NCBI GenBank assembly: GCA_964532525.1
Contig: CAZHIM010000001.1
Location: forward strand, 274,530 to 338,529
DNA: 64,000 nucleotides
Origin: an uncultured Bifidobacteriaceae bacterium
Lineage (GTDB): Bacteria; Verrucomicrobiota; Verrucomicrobiia; Limisphaerales; UBA11358
Direction of reading: 5' to 3'
Numbering within the stretch: position 1 is the stretch's first letter; every line of letters begins with the position of its first letter. A model generated the notes under the pieces. That model had not been told where the DNA came from, ran no database searches, and was given only the letters and a program-made list of their open reading frames with translations. Of the stretch, positions 1 to 11,118 are shown piece after piece. The position numbers and the translations under genes were made by a program.

Positions 1-1847
1 GGCAAACCGGAAACGGAGAAATTGACGGTGCCGGCGAACCGGTTCATGCCCGCCACCGTAATCGTGGTGGTGGCCACGCTGCCGCGCACCATGGCGAATG
101 CGCCCTGGGACGTATAGAACATGAAATCACTGGTGGCACTGCCCGCCAGGGCCGCCATCGCATTGCTGCCGCGCGGCGTACCCCAGCCGGTGCACAGGTC
201 ATAGCCGTTGGTGGCGTAAAACCGCGTGGGGTTCTGGCTATTGACGTTGTTGCCAGTGACAATGTCGTGGAAGCAATTGGTATAGGCGGCGTAAGGCCCC
301 TTGCCCAGGGCATAAATGGCCGGGTTGGGGAAACCCACCGCCGAATTGTGCAGCGAAGCCGCCTCCTGGTTGGCCAGCGCCATGAACCCCGCCCACAAGG
401 GCGAGGCGCAACTGGTGCCGCCCACCGAGCCGACGGACGTGCCGTTTTTGCTAATCAGAAACACGCCATCCGCCGGCATGGCCACATCCGGGTAATTGCG
501 GTACACGGCCGAGCCTTGATTGACCACGGTGGCGACGCCCTCCTGCCAGCTCGGAATCCCGTACCCGCTGATGCCGCCGCCGCTGCCGCCGTTGTTGTTC
601 CAATTCCAAGCCGTCTCCGAGCTCCACGGGCCGCCCGCACCGCTGGTCGTCAGCGTGGTGCCGCCCACGATGGTGGCGTACGGATTGCCCGTCAGCCCCG
701 TCCCGCCGTTCAAATCGGCGTCGCCATCACCCGACGCCTGGCTGAGCGCCTGGCCTTGGGCGATGAATTCCTGGAAACTCTGGATGGTGTTCGGGTCAAT
801 GCCGAAACCGTACGACAGCGTGATTTGCCGCGCACGGTTGTCCTCCGCAATGCGATTGAAGACGTCATCCCCCCCGCCTTCGTAATTCAGGATGGTGGCC
901 CCCGGCGCCATGGACATGGCCATGCAAATATCCAGCGCCTCCTCCCCGTCGTCGGTGCTGCTGCCCGTCAGCGCATTGGTCCAATAGGCGCTTTCCGTGG
1001 CCACGATGTTCGTAACCACGATGTTGGTGGAAAGACCCGCGTTGGTTTCGTACATGTAAACATCGTTCGGATAATACTGCCCGCCCACGTCGGCGATGGC
1101 GATATATTGGCCCGCGCCCGTATTGGTCACGCCCGGCACATAAGCCGCGCGAAAATCATTGCCCATGAAATAACCGCCCGGCGCCGAACCGGTATAATCG
1201 GCCGTCACGCCGTTATTCGTGGCCAGCGACAGCAATTTGAACCCGCCCAAACGATGCGGCAGCGTGAAATTATCCAGCCCGCTGATGTGCAGAATCGGCA
1301 CGTTCGTATCCACCGCCGGCTCCGTATCCGGCGCATAAAATTCCCGGGGTTCGGTCGGATGGGGATACCGCCGCAGCTTCACCTTGAACGCATTCTCAAC
1401 CTCGCTCACCGGCGCGGTCACATCCACCAGCATCCGATTCGAGCAAAGCCCGGCCACCTGAAGTCCCCTGCCCCGCACAAACTCAACCACTTTGCGGTAA
1501 TCCGCCTCCGTCGGCCCAAATTGCCGGCCGAATTCATCGGTGGTCAGCCACCGGTGATAGGTGGTGCTGGCGGGATCATTCAGCTCGGCCAGCAACTGGT
1601 CCAGTTGGGCCTGGTTATGGAACGGCAAGCCCACCACCAGCCGCAATTGATTGGTTCCCGGCAAATCGCCCAGGGGTTTCAGTTGCGCCACCGCCGCCGG
1701 CACGTGCCCCGGCACAGTCATCTGCTCCGCGGCGTTGATGGATAGGGCTGCCCACATCAGTGAAATCAGCCCGACAGTGGCTTTGGTTCGCAAAAAAGAA
1801 GTCAGGTGCACAAGGATTTCTCGTATTGTTATGCGAGAAACGGGCAT
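1..1847 (-). CDS. Sedolisin/kumamolisin-type (S53) serine peptidase precursor; 3' end lies beyond window start
   Basis: My own minus-strand translation; the ORF is absent from the track because it runs off the window. Start MPVSRITIREILVHLTSFLRTKATVGLISLMWAALSINA/AEQ is a signal peptide. A pro-kumamolisin-like activation region follows (LVVGLPFHNQAQLDQLLAELNDPASTTYHRWLTTDEFGRQFGP). The catalytic Ser motif is GGTSCASPLWAGFMALANQ. The + ORF 267..1745 is its antisense shadow. Confidence 0.8.
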   Translation of the reverse strand, partial: MPVSRITIREILVHLTSFLRTKATVGLISLMWAALSINAAEQMTVPGHVPAAVAQLKPLGDLPGTNQLRLVVGLPFHNQAQLDQLLAELNDPASTTYHRWLTTDEFGRQFGPTEADYRKVVEFVRGRGLQVAGLCSNRMLVDVTAPVSEVENAFKVKLRRYPHPTEPREFYAPDTEPAVDTNVPILHISGLDNFTLPHRLGGFKLLSLATNNGVTADYTGSAPGGYFMGNDFRAAYVPGVTNTGAGQYIAIADVGGQYYPNDVYMYETNAGLSTNIVVTNIVATESAYWTNALTGSSTDDGEEALDICMAMSMAPGATILNYEGGGDDVFNRIAEDNRARQITLSYGFGIDPNTIQSFQEFIAQGQALSQASGDGDADLNGGTGLTGNPYATIVGGTTLTTSGAGGPWSSETAWNWNNNGGSGGGISGYGIPSWQEGVATVVNQGSAVYRNYPDVAMPADGVFLISKNGTSVGSVGGTSCASPLWAGFMALANQEAASLHNSAVGFPNPAIYALGKGPYAAYTNCFHDIVTGNNVNSQNPTRFYATNGYDLCTGWGTPRGSNAMAALAGSATSDFMFYTSQGAFAMVRGSVATTTITVAGMNRFAGTVNFSVSGL

Positions 1848-1915
1848 AAGGCCAACAAAAATGGCTGCCTGAATCAGGGCTTGCAATGTGTGCCTCCGCG
1901 GCATACATTTTAGAC

Positions 1916-2212
1916 ATGGATGCCATCAAAGAGCGAAAAGCCCAGCGACTGGTCGCCCGGGTTTCGGCGGCAGACAAGCAGCTTTTCCGGCGAGCGGCAA
2001 CGATTGAAGGACGCTCGATGGCAACTTTCGTGATCGTTCATGCTCGCGAAGTGGCCCGCCAGGTTATCCATCAGAGCAACCTGATCCAACTGGAGGCGGA
2101 TGATTCCGTTCGCTTCGTTGAAGCCCTGCTTGCGCCACCTCGTCAACCCACACCGGCCATGAGGGATTCCATCCGCGCTTATCGGGAATCGGTGAAAAGC
2201 GACTTGGATTAG
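1916..2212 (+). CDS. DUF1778 (TacA-like, RHH) type II antitoxin
   Basis: MDAIKERKAQRLVARVSAADKQLFRRAATIEGRSMATFVIVHAREVARQVIH..LEADDSVRFVEALLAPP matches the DUF1778 pattern. The track start at 1886 is an alternative. The ATG at 1916 gives the usual ~98-aa size. Confidence 0.75.
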   Translation: MDAIKERKAQRLVARVSAADKQLFRRAATIEGRSMATFVIVHAREVARQVIHQSNLIQLEADDSVRFVEALLAPPRQPTPAMRDSIRAYRESVKSDLD

Positions 2213-2283
2213 CCTTTCCGCCCCTTCGCCTCGCGTTCGACTAGAAGCATTGACAGACAAGATGTAGTGATGAGCTGAGAGGA

Positions 2284-2368
2284 TTTTTGGCTTTTGGCAA
2301 GGCTTCGGCGAAGGCGCAGGTTACAAGTAACCCTGTAACTGAGCCGAAACGCAGCTAAAAGCCAAAAA
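2284..2368. terminator. 85-nt imperfect inverted repeat between the convergent antitoxin and toxin genes (possible bidirectional terminator)
   Basis: TTTTTGGCTTTTGGC (2284-2298) pairs with GCTAAAAGCCAAAAA (2354-2368) with one mismatch. Inner partial pairing is ggcttcggc/gccgaaac. The central palindrome is ggttac-aa-gtaacc. Confidence 0.35.
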
Positions 2369-2379
2369 GACCGCGGCCT

Positions 2380-2919
2380 TCACGGTTTCAACTCAGCGCT
2401 GCAGATTTGATGGAAATGCTCTAATTCACTCATCGGAAGAAACATTCTGCGCTCATCCAGCGCCAGAAAGCCGTGTTCCCCATAGAACTCTCGCGCCTTG
2501 GCATCTTTAGGGTCGGTCACCACAATCACCGCGCCGACCTCCGCACTATGCCGCTCACACCGGCGCAGCGCGTCAATGAGCAGCAGTCGTCCCACCTGCT
2601 GTCCTTTCCACGCTATGTCCCTCGCCAAACGTCCAATCAGCGTTGCCCCCAGTTTAGGGTAACGCGGCAATTTCTTGGCTAACGCTTCTGGCAATTGTTG
2701 AACGACCACGGCAGTCTGAGAGAGCGTGTAGTAACCAGCAACCCGTCCCGGATCCGCCTCTGGAACCAGCACAAAGCACGCCGAAGCCCGTGCCTGCATC
2801 TCTTTACGCGCTCGCTTCTGCAGGAACTCCGTAAGCTCTGGAGACTCACAGGCAAACTCTTCCCGCCGATGTTTGCTCGCGTCAAGCTGCTCTATTCTGA
2901 ATCCCTGAGATTCGCTCAC
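2380..2919 (-). CDS. GNAT-family acetyltransferase toxin (TacT/AtaT-like)
   Basis: 179 aa with a GTG start. FACESPELTEFLQKRARKE...VAGYYTLSQTAVVVQQLPEALAKKLPRYPKLGATLIGRLARDIAWKGQQVGRLLLIDALRR...VIVVTDPKDAKAREFYGEHGFLAL is the typical DUF1778-partnered GNAT toxin pattern. Confidence 0.75.
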   Translation of the reverse strand: MSESQGFRIEQLDASKHRREEFACESPELTEFLQKRARKEMQARASACFVLVPEADPGRVAGYYTLSQTAVVVQQLPEALAKKLPRYPKLGATLIGRLARDIAWKGQQVGRLLLIDALRRCERHSAEVGAVIVVTDPKDAKAREFYGEHGFLALDERRMFLPMSELEHFHQICSAELKP

Positions 2920-3055
2920 CGGATTGGCAGGTTCTGTTCAAGGCTCACGGCTGCAGAATAGCCATCTCTTGTATGCGTGTTAATCCAAAACGCATATGTA
3001 TTACAATCTCAAAGCTAAATTCCCCTATCCCTCAACACCTTACGCATTTCTCGTT

Positions 3056-3369
3056 GGTTCTTCGCTGTTTTCAGTGGAATAGCTAAAACGAAGTTGCCTT
3101 GGAGTTCCCGAATTCTCGGGACATAACCCAAACAATTCCTCTTTGAAAAAGGTGAACTTCAAAGCTGGGATGGTTGAACAAAAAATAACACATACCCGCA
3201 TTGAAGCCCCGCAATGCGGGTATGTGGATTTTAGAATTCATCCGTCGATTTGTCGAGTCGATAATTCAATGAACCCTGCTTTCCACCTCCAAATAAGGCG
3301 GTTTAAATCTCACAGATTCCTGAGGCATTGGATTCGTAAAGTGTATTCCACTGAAAACAGCGAAGAACC
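3056..3369. mobile_element. MITE (non-autonomous transposon), 314 bp, with 26-bp perfect TIRs and an 8-bp TSD
   Basis: GGTTCTTCGCTGTTTTCAGTGGAATA at 3056-3081 is the exact reverse complement of 3344-3369. The direct repeat TTCTCGTT flanks both ends (3048-3055 and 3370-3377). The interior is AT-rich, has no credible ORF, and contains a 15-bp perfect stem (3189-3203 / 3212-3226). Confidence 0.8.
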
Positions 3370-3842
3370 TTCTCGTTAGCCGCTAACTTTGCGATTCCGC
3401 CAACCCTGCTAGAATCGCCCTGGCTGGGAAACCGCTCCCGCCACGATGAGCCATCATGCTCACATTCGAGTCCGGCCACGGACGGCTCGCCACTCGGCGC
3501 CCGCCCGCAAGAATTCTTTGTCCCGCCACCGCGCCACAGAAAGGCTGAAGGCTAAAAAAAACATAAAAACACCGCGCGCCATTTCCCTTTTCAGCCTTCA
3601 GCATTTAGCCTTTAGCATTTCCTCCGGAACCCCTCAATTTCGTTCCCGAAAATCTGCGAAAACCCCAACAAAAACCCCCATCGTCAACCCTCGTCAACCC
3701 TAAAAACTTTTTTGGCCCATCCCGCCCCCAATTCCGCGCCCAGTTTCCAAAACCCTGCGTTCCGAGCCCCGCATCCCCCCCGCCGTGGGCCCGAAATTAC
3801 GCGATTGAGTCTCCCGCAACTTCGCGTAGCATTTACGGCTCT

Positions 3843-6599
<2,757 letters not shown>

Positions 6600-6609
6600 C
6601 AGCCCCTAG

Positions 6610-6808
6610 CCCGGATATTTCACAGTTGCCTTGGCGGACGATGGCAACACCGGCGTAGCGCAGGTTTCCAAACCTGCCGCAAACCTGCCGTATCGCCGAT
6701 TTCCAAATCGGCAGGGTGTCGCCATTGCGTGGCGTCTGCGGATTGGGAAAACTATCGATACGCCAGGCTTGGAAGTCTGCACCACCGGATTGCCTATGAA
6801 CTATCCGG
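6610..6808 (+). repeat. TTCCAA-hairpin dispersed repeat element, copy 1
   Basis: Bounded by CCGGATATTTCAC (6610-) and ATGAACTATCCGG (-6808), which are inverted. The interior holds GCAGGTTTCCAAACCTGC and GCCGATTTCCAAATCGGC, then degenerate opposite-polarity modules ending in CTTGGAAGTCTGC. The element is shared with 38290-38493 and 46436-46580. Confidence 0.7.
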
Positions 6809-6862
6809 TCTAAGCTCGGCAGCGGCGCGAACGCATCCCGGCTCCCTCGCCGGGACCGCCGC

Positions 6863-7795
6863 TCAGTTCTTCTCGGCCGCCGCCAGGATGGTCTGGAAAT
6901 GCGGCGGCTGTTCCTCCGTGGCCACGATGCTGATTTCAATCTTCTTGAACCCCGCTTCCTCCAGCCACCGTTGCAGATCGCTTTCCGCAAAGCCCGGCCA
7001 GCGGTCGCCGTACAGGTCATTCGCCTTCTCGAAGTTGTGCTTGGCCAGGTCCAGCACCATCACCTGCCCGCCCGGCTTCAAAATCTTGTGCGCGCTCCGG
7101 AGCGCGGCCGCCGGATTCTCCGCGTGATGCAGCGCCTGGCTCAGGATCACCAGGTCCACGCTGTTCGCGTCAATCGGCGGGTTCTGCAGATCCCCCAGCC
7201 GGAATTCCAGGTTTTTCAGCCCGTTCTTTTTGGCCTTCGCCGCCGCAAACTCCACAATCCGCTCCGAGTTGTCCACCGCGATGACCTTTTTGCACCGGCG
7301 CGCCAGCAACTCGCTCAGCAGCCCCTCGCCGGCCCCCAGATCCGCCACCACCAGCGGCGGCAGGATGCGCAGCAACAGATGTCCAAACGCCTGCCACGAC
7401 CGCCCCGGCCCATACACGCGGTCAAACCGGCCGGCAATCTGGTTGAAATAAACCTGCGCCTGCTCCTTCCGCCGGGCCAGGATCCGCTTGAGGTTGATCT
7501 GGTCGTGCGCCTGCTCCGGCAGCTCCTTCGCCCCCTGGATGGCCAGTTGAATGAACTGCCGCGCCATGGTATCCGCCTCCGGATTCAGTTTATAAAAGGT
7601 GCGCTTGCCCTCGCGCCGCGAGCTCACCAGCGCGCAATCGGCCAGCAGCCCGAGGTGCGTCGAAATGCGCGACTGCCCCAGGCGCGTGATCTCTTGCAGC
7701 TCCGCAACGGAAAGTTCGTCGCGTTCCAACAACGCAACGATGCGCAGCCGCGTCGGGTCGGACAGCGCACGGAGGGATTTAAGCGTGGCGGACAT
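6863..7795 (-). CDS. ArsR/SmtB-family HTH regulator fused to a class I SAM-dependent methyltransferase domain
   Basis: The N-terminal LRALSDPTRLRIVALLERDELSVAELQEITRLGQSRISTHLGLL is an ArsR wHTH. The C-terminal VADLGAGEGLLSELLA...VDLVILSQALHHAENP...LKPGGQVMVLD has SAM MTase motifs I and post-I. Confidence 0.85.
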   Translation of the reverse strand: MSATLKSLRALSDPTRLRIVALLERDELSVAELQEITRLGQSRISTHLGLLADCALVSSRREGKRTFYKLNPEADTMARQFIQLAIQGAKELPEQAHDQINLKRILARRKEQAQVYFNQIAGRFDRVYGPGRSWQAFGHLLLRILPPLVVADLGAGEGLLSELLARRCKKVIAVDNSERIVEFAAAKAKKNGLKNLEFRLGDLQNPPIDANSVDLVILSQALHHAENPAAALRSAHKILKPGGQVMVLDLAKHNFEKANDLYGDRWPGFAESDLQRWLEEAGFKKIEISIVATEEQPPHFQTILAAAEKN

Positions 7796-7888
7796 GAATC
7801 GTTTCTATCGGCGGGATTCTGCCCGGTTCGCCCCCATTCCGGCAACAAGTTCTTGGCACCATTCCCCGGCGCCCGGCCCCCCGCGACG

Positions 7889-9166
7889 TCAACAATACAC
7901 CGTCAGCGTCTGCACCAGCGTCTGCACGCGGTTGTAGTTCAGCACTTTTTCGATGTACGTGGCGTTGAGGCGCTGCCCTTCCGGCACCAGCAGCAAACCG
8001 CTGGGCGTATAGATGCCGCGGGACAGCACCATGCCCGGCCGCAGTTCCCCGAGCGAGACCTGCCGCTCGCGCCGCGGCACCGACGCCACCGCCTGGGCTC
8101 GCAGGAAAATCCTCAGCGCTTCCGGATCGAACGCCGTGCTCGCGCCGGTCTTGATTCTTTCCACCGCCTCGGAATCGGTCAGCCGGCACGACGCAAAGGC
8201 CACCGGCACGGCCAGCAGCCGCGCCAGCCAGGGAATGTTCTCCCCCACGAGCTGGTCCGGATAGCCGTGGCCATCGAACCGCTCATGATGGCCGCGAATG
8301 GTCTGGCCCACCTTGTCCAAATGGCTCACAAAGGCGGCCAGCTCCTGGCCGAGAATCGGATGCTGCTGGATCAGCGCGCGTTCCGGCTCACCCAGCGAGT
8401 CCGGATCCTCCTGCCAGCGGCGGATGATCTGCCGCGGCACGCCCACCAGACCGATGTCGTGCAGCAGCGCCGCGCTTTCCAGCACCCGCTGCTCGTCCGG
8501 CGGCAGCTTGGCCATTTGGCTGATGGCCCGGCTGAGCTCGGTCACCCGGCGCGCCTGGTTGCCCAGCGACGGATAGAACGTCTGCATCGTGTGGACGCAC
8601 AGTTCGATGGACCGGAGCAGATTGGTTTCCAGGGCGGAATTGAGCTGGCCCAGCTCCTGGTTCTGGCGCGCGGTGAGCTGCACTTGCTGTTCCAATGACC
8701 GGTTCAGCTCCACCAGTTGCGCATTCATCGTCTGTGTGGCTTCCTGCAGCCGCGCGTTCTGGCAGATCAACTGGTGGCGCTGGATGGCATTGCGCAGGGT
8801 GGCGATGAATTCCTCGTGCAGCCATGGCTTGATGATGAAACGGAAAATCTCGCCCTTGTTGATCGCGCCGATGACGGTGTCGAGATTGAGGACCGCCGTG
8901 GCCAGGATGCGCGTGGCAAACGGCTGGATCTGCCGCGCCCGCGCCAGCAGTTCCAGGCCCGACAGCCCGGGCATCAACTGGTCTGAAATGATGACCGAAA
9001 ACTTGCGCCGCTGGAGCTCCGCCAGGGCTTCGGTGGGAGAACTGAGGGCCACGGCCGGATAGCCCGCGCGCTGGAGTGTCTGCTGCAGCGCCGCCAGAAA
9101 GATCTTCTCGTCGTCAACGACCAGAATCGGATCACTGGGAGGGGCGATGTCGTCCGGCGAATGCAT
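7889..9166 (-). CDS. Response regulator with an HD-GYP domain (putative c-di-GMP phosphodiesterase, RpfG-like)
   Basis: The REC domain is ILVVDDEKIFL...VIISDQLMPGLSGLELL...IIKPW. The HD-GYP part is AALLHDIGLVGVP...IRGHHERFDGHGYPDQL. It lies 9 nt downstream of the preceding flagellar-operon ORF. Confidence 0.85.
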   Translation of the reverse strand: MHSPDDIAPPSDPILVVDDEKIFLAALQQTLQRAGYPAVALSSPTEALAELQRRKFSVIISDQLMPGLSGLELLARARQIQPFATRILATAVLNLDTVIGAINKGEIFRFIIKPWLHEEFIATLRNAIQRHQLICQNARLQEATQTMNAQLVELNRSLEQQVQLTARQNQELGQLNSALETNLLRSIELCVHTMQTFYPSLGNQARRVTELSRAISQMAKLPPDEQRVLESAALLHDIGLVGVPRQIIRRWQEDPDSLGEPERALIQQHPILGQELAAFVSHLDKVGQTIRGHHERFDGHGYPDQLVGENIPWLARLLAVPVAFASCRLTDSEAVERIKTGASTAFDPEALRIFLRAQAVASVPRRERQVSLGELRPGMVLSRGIYTPSGLLLVPEGQRLNATYIEKVLNYNRVQTLVQTLTVYC

Positions 9167-9175
9167 ACGCGCCGG

Positions 9176-9562
9176 TCAGTTGGCGCGGCTGCCGGTGGAA
9201 AGATAACCGTAGGCCCGACGGAGTTGCCGGAGGTTTTTGCCGGCCTCGCCCAACCGCTCAAGCTGCTGCCGGGCGGCGGCCCGGGTGGCTTGCAGCAGGC
9301 GCTGATTGTTTCGGGTCAAGTCAATGAGGTCGGAAACCTGCGCGCGAAGCTGGTGCTCTTGGGGAGCCGCACCGCCGCCGGTCCGCTGCCATTCGGCCCG
9401 GGTGGCCTGCGTCAGCCCCGTCACCAGGCCTTGGTAATCCCGGATGGCCAGATGACAGTCCGAAAGCAGCTCCCAGTTCCTGGTCTGAATCGCCTTGGCC
9501 TCGGCTTGGAGGAGCCGTCGCCATTCGCGGTAAGCCCGCAGCAATTCAGCTTCGGCGTTCAT
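9176..9562 (-). CDS. Hypothetical helical protein, possibly a FlgN/FliT-like flagellar export chaperone
   Basis: Its ATG overlaps the fliS stop (ATGA at 9559-9562), indicating translational coupling. MNAEAELLRAYREWRRLLQAEAKAIQTRNWELLSDCHLAIRDYQGL... is coiled-coil-like. The function is assigned from position and composition only. Confidence 0.3.
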   Translation of the reverse strand: MNAEAELLRAYREWRRLLQAEAKAIQTRNWELLSDCHLAIRDYQGLVTGLTQATRAEWQRTGGGAAPQEHQLRAQVSDLIDLTRNNQRLLQATRAAARQQLERLGEAGKNLRQLRRAYGYLSTGSRAN

Positions 9563-9999
9563 GCGGTGGCCAACTGGCGGGCGGTCCACGGGTTCAGAAC
9601 CGGGGCATTGACCGTCGTGCCGCTCAGCATCTTGAACCAGGCATCGCGCAAGTCCCGGAGCATGGGAATGACTTCATCAATCCCCTGGCGCGATTTCTTG
9701 AGATTGCTCTCCACCAGCCGGTGCTCAAAATACGTGTACAAATTGCGGAGCGTCTCGGCCAGCTGCCCGCCGGCTTCCACGTCCAGCGAACTGTTCAGTT
9801 CGCGAATGATGTCCACGGAACGCCTCAAATTGTTGTGAATGGTTGAATTGCGCTGCCCGATATCCTGGTAGCCAAAACCCAACAGGGCTCGTTCGAGCGA
9901 CAACAGGGCGCCGTCAAACAACATGAGCACTAATTGCCCGGGCGGCGCGGTCTGGGTGGCGATTCGACGGTAGGAACTCCAAGGATTGGTGGATGGCAT
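9559..9999 (-). CDS. fliS: Flagellar export chaperone FliS
   Basis: 146 aa. YRRIATQTAPPGQLVLMLFDGALLSLERA...IHNNLRRSVDIIRELNSSLDVEAGGQLAETLRNLYTYFEHRLVESNL is the classic FliS pattern. Confidence 0.9.
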   Translation of the reverse strand: MPSTNPWSSYRRIATQTAPPGQLVLMLFDGALLSLERALLGFGYQDIGQRNSTIHNNLRRSVDIIRELNSSLDVEAGGQLAETLRNLYTYFEHRLVESNLKKSRQGIDEVIPMLRDLRDAWFKMLSGTTVNAPVLNPWTARQLATA

Positions 10000-10051
10000 G
10001 GGGGGGGTCTGTGTTTTGGAAAATTAATTTAGGCAACGGCCTGCGCCACCA

Positions 10052-10309
10052 TCAAAGGCGGTCGGCCAGGAAACCCGCGAGCTGCTTCAGCGCCGAGTCC
10101 GAGGGGTAGTTGCCATCGCTCAGGAGGGCGTTGGCCTGGGCCACCTTCTCCGGCCGGGCCTGCGCCGACTGCCTGAGGGTGTCCTGTACGGACGAGGGCG
10201 AAAACGAGTCAGACGTGGCGCTGCCCGCTGGCGCAGATTGCGTCGGCCGGGCCGCGGGTTGCTGGACCGGTATGAAATTGGCACCACCACTATTGAATTC
10301 GACGATCAT
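10052..10309 (-). CDS. flgM: FlgM-like anti-sigma-28 factor
   Basis: The C-terminal RPEKVAQANALLSDGNYPSDSALKQLAGFLADRL resembles the FlgM sigma28-binding helices, and the N-terminus is disordered and Ser/Ala/Pro-rich. I prefer the ATG at 10309 (GGAG about 13 nt upstream) over the track start at 10381. Confidence 0.6.
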   Translation of the reverse strand: MIVEFNSGGANFIPVQQPAARPTQSAPAGSATSDSFSPSSVQDTLRQSAQARPEKVAQANALLSDGNYPSDSALKQLAGFLADRL

Positions 10310-10410
10310 AATCTTATAAAATCTCCGCGAACGGCTCTCCATCCACTCATCCGCGTCAAAATGGTCATCGGCACGACTCATGATTACTTTAGCCCAAATT
10401 CATTGGATCT

Positions 10411-11118
10411 TCAACGCTCAGGCATGGTGTCCAAAAGTATGGCAGCGCCATACCGTCCAAACCGGCAGGGCGAATTGACCGCCAGCCAGTTTTCCCGCCG
10501 AAACGGCCATACCGCCGCCGGCGCCTCAAACCGCTGGGCGGCCCGGAATATGGCCGGCCGGGCGGCGTCAAACACCTCGTCGGCCGCCCAGATTATCTGA
10601 CCGGACCGCACGTCCACCAGCTTGAACCGCCAACCGACGGCCAGCGGCGCGTAGGCGCGGTAAGTCGTCAGTTCGGCGAATAAAACCCCGTCGCACGCGT
10701 ATTCCCGGCGCAAATAGCCAAAGAAATCCGGCGGCAATGTCTCCGTGCCGGTCCAATTGGCCCGGCCGGCGGCTTGGCGGAGCCGGTCTCCATCCACCGC
10801 CACGACCTCAAATTTCCCGGTTTTGCCGAGTTGCTCCCAGAGCGCGGGGGTGAGCGCGGCGCACCCCTCGGCCAGGTCGCCAACGGCGGTTTGGGCTGCC
10901 ACGGGCAGGACGGCCACGCGCCGGAAGTCCGGAGCCAGTTTGGCGGCGGCGGCAAAGGTGTTTTCCAGATGTCTGACGGGAACGCGGACGGCGGGCGGCG
11001 CGGCGGAACCGGTGGCCGGGAGTCCGCCCAAAGCGAAAAGCCCGATCAGCCAGCCCGTGCGCCAGATTTTGCCCGGCTGGCGGCGGTCGCCGCTGCCTGG
11101 CGTGGCACTGAAGTTCAT
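10411..11118 (-). CDS. Exported protein with an LpoB/FlgO/DUF799-like pattern, embedded in the flagellar operon
   Basis: The signal peptide is WLIGLFALGGLPATGSA/AP. RRVAVLPVAAQT..GDLAEG...LGKTGKFEVVAVDGDRL...YACDGVLFAELTTYR...WRFKLVDVRSGQIIWAADE resembles periplasmic or lipoprotein alpha/beta modules. No lipobox Cys is present. Confidence 0.4.
   Translation of the reverse strand: MNFSATPGSGDRRQPGKIWRTGWLIGLFALGGLPATGSAAPPAVRVPVRHLENTFAAAAKLAPDFRRVAVLPVAAQTAVGDLAEGCAALTPALWEQLGKTGKFEVVAVDGDRLRQAAGRANWTGTETLPPDFFGYLRREYACDGVLFAELTTYRAYAPLAVGWRFKLVDVRSGQIIWAADEVFDAARPAIFRAAQRFEAPAAVWPFRRENWLAVNSPCRFGRYGAAILLDTMPER

Noticed and set aside
267-1745. 492-aa + strand ORF, the longest call in the first 2 kb of the track
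   Set aside because: It has extreme Arg/His/Gly content and no motifs. The opposite strand in a different frame encodes a coherent S53 peptidase with a signal peptide, a pro-domain and a GTSxxSP catalytic motif. This ORF is an antisense shadow typical of high-GC DNA.
3143-3379. 78-aa TTG-start ORF inside the MITE, considered as a possible transposase remnant
   Set aside because: It is too short, has no DDE-type motifs and runs through the internal hairpin and into the right TIR. The element is best read as non-autonomous.
3455-3490. TTCGAGTCC T-loop-like string, considered as a possible tRNA
   Set aside because: No acceptor, D or anticodon stems can be drawn around it. No other tRNA-like sequence was found in the intergenic regions.
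3544-3602. GCTGAAGGCTAAAA / TTTTCAGCCTTCAGC inverted repeat with an A8 run upstream of leuS, considered as a leader, attenuator or riboswitch
   Set aside because: It has no resemblance to any regulatory RNA class I can recall. It lies 240 nt from the start codon and may simply be another small repeat. It is left unannotated.
6899-8698. 599-aa + ORF spanning the arsR-MT and HD-GYP genes
   Set aside because: It is antisense to two well-supported genes and crosses their intergenic gap. Its composition is Arg/Gln/Pro-rich.
10000-10007. G8 homopolymer immediately upstream of the fliS ATG (and C8 at 25703-25710 inside the kinase 5' region), considered as phase-variation tracts
   Set aside because: At this base composition about a dozen 8-mers of G or C are expected by chance in 64 kb, by my rough estimate. 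There is no supporting evidence of slippage, so this is not reported as a finding.
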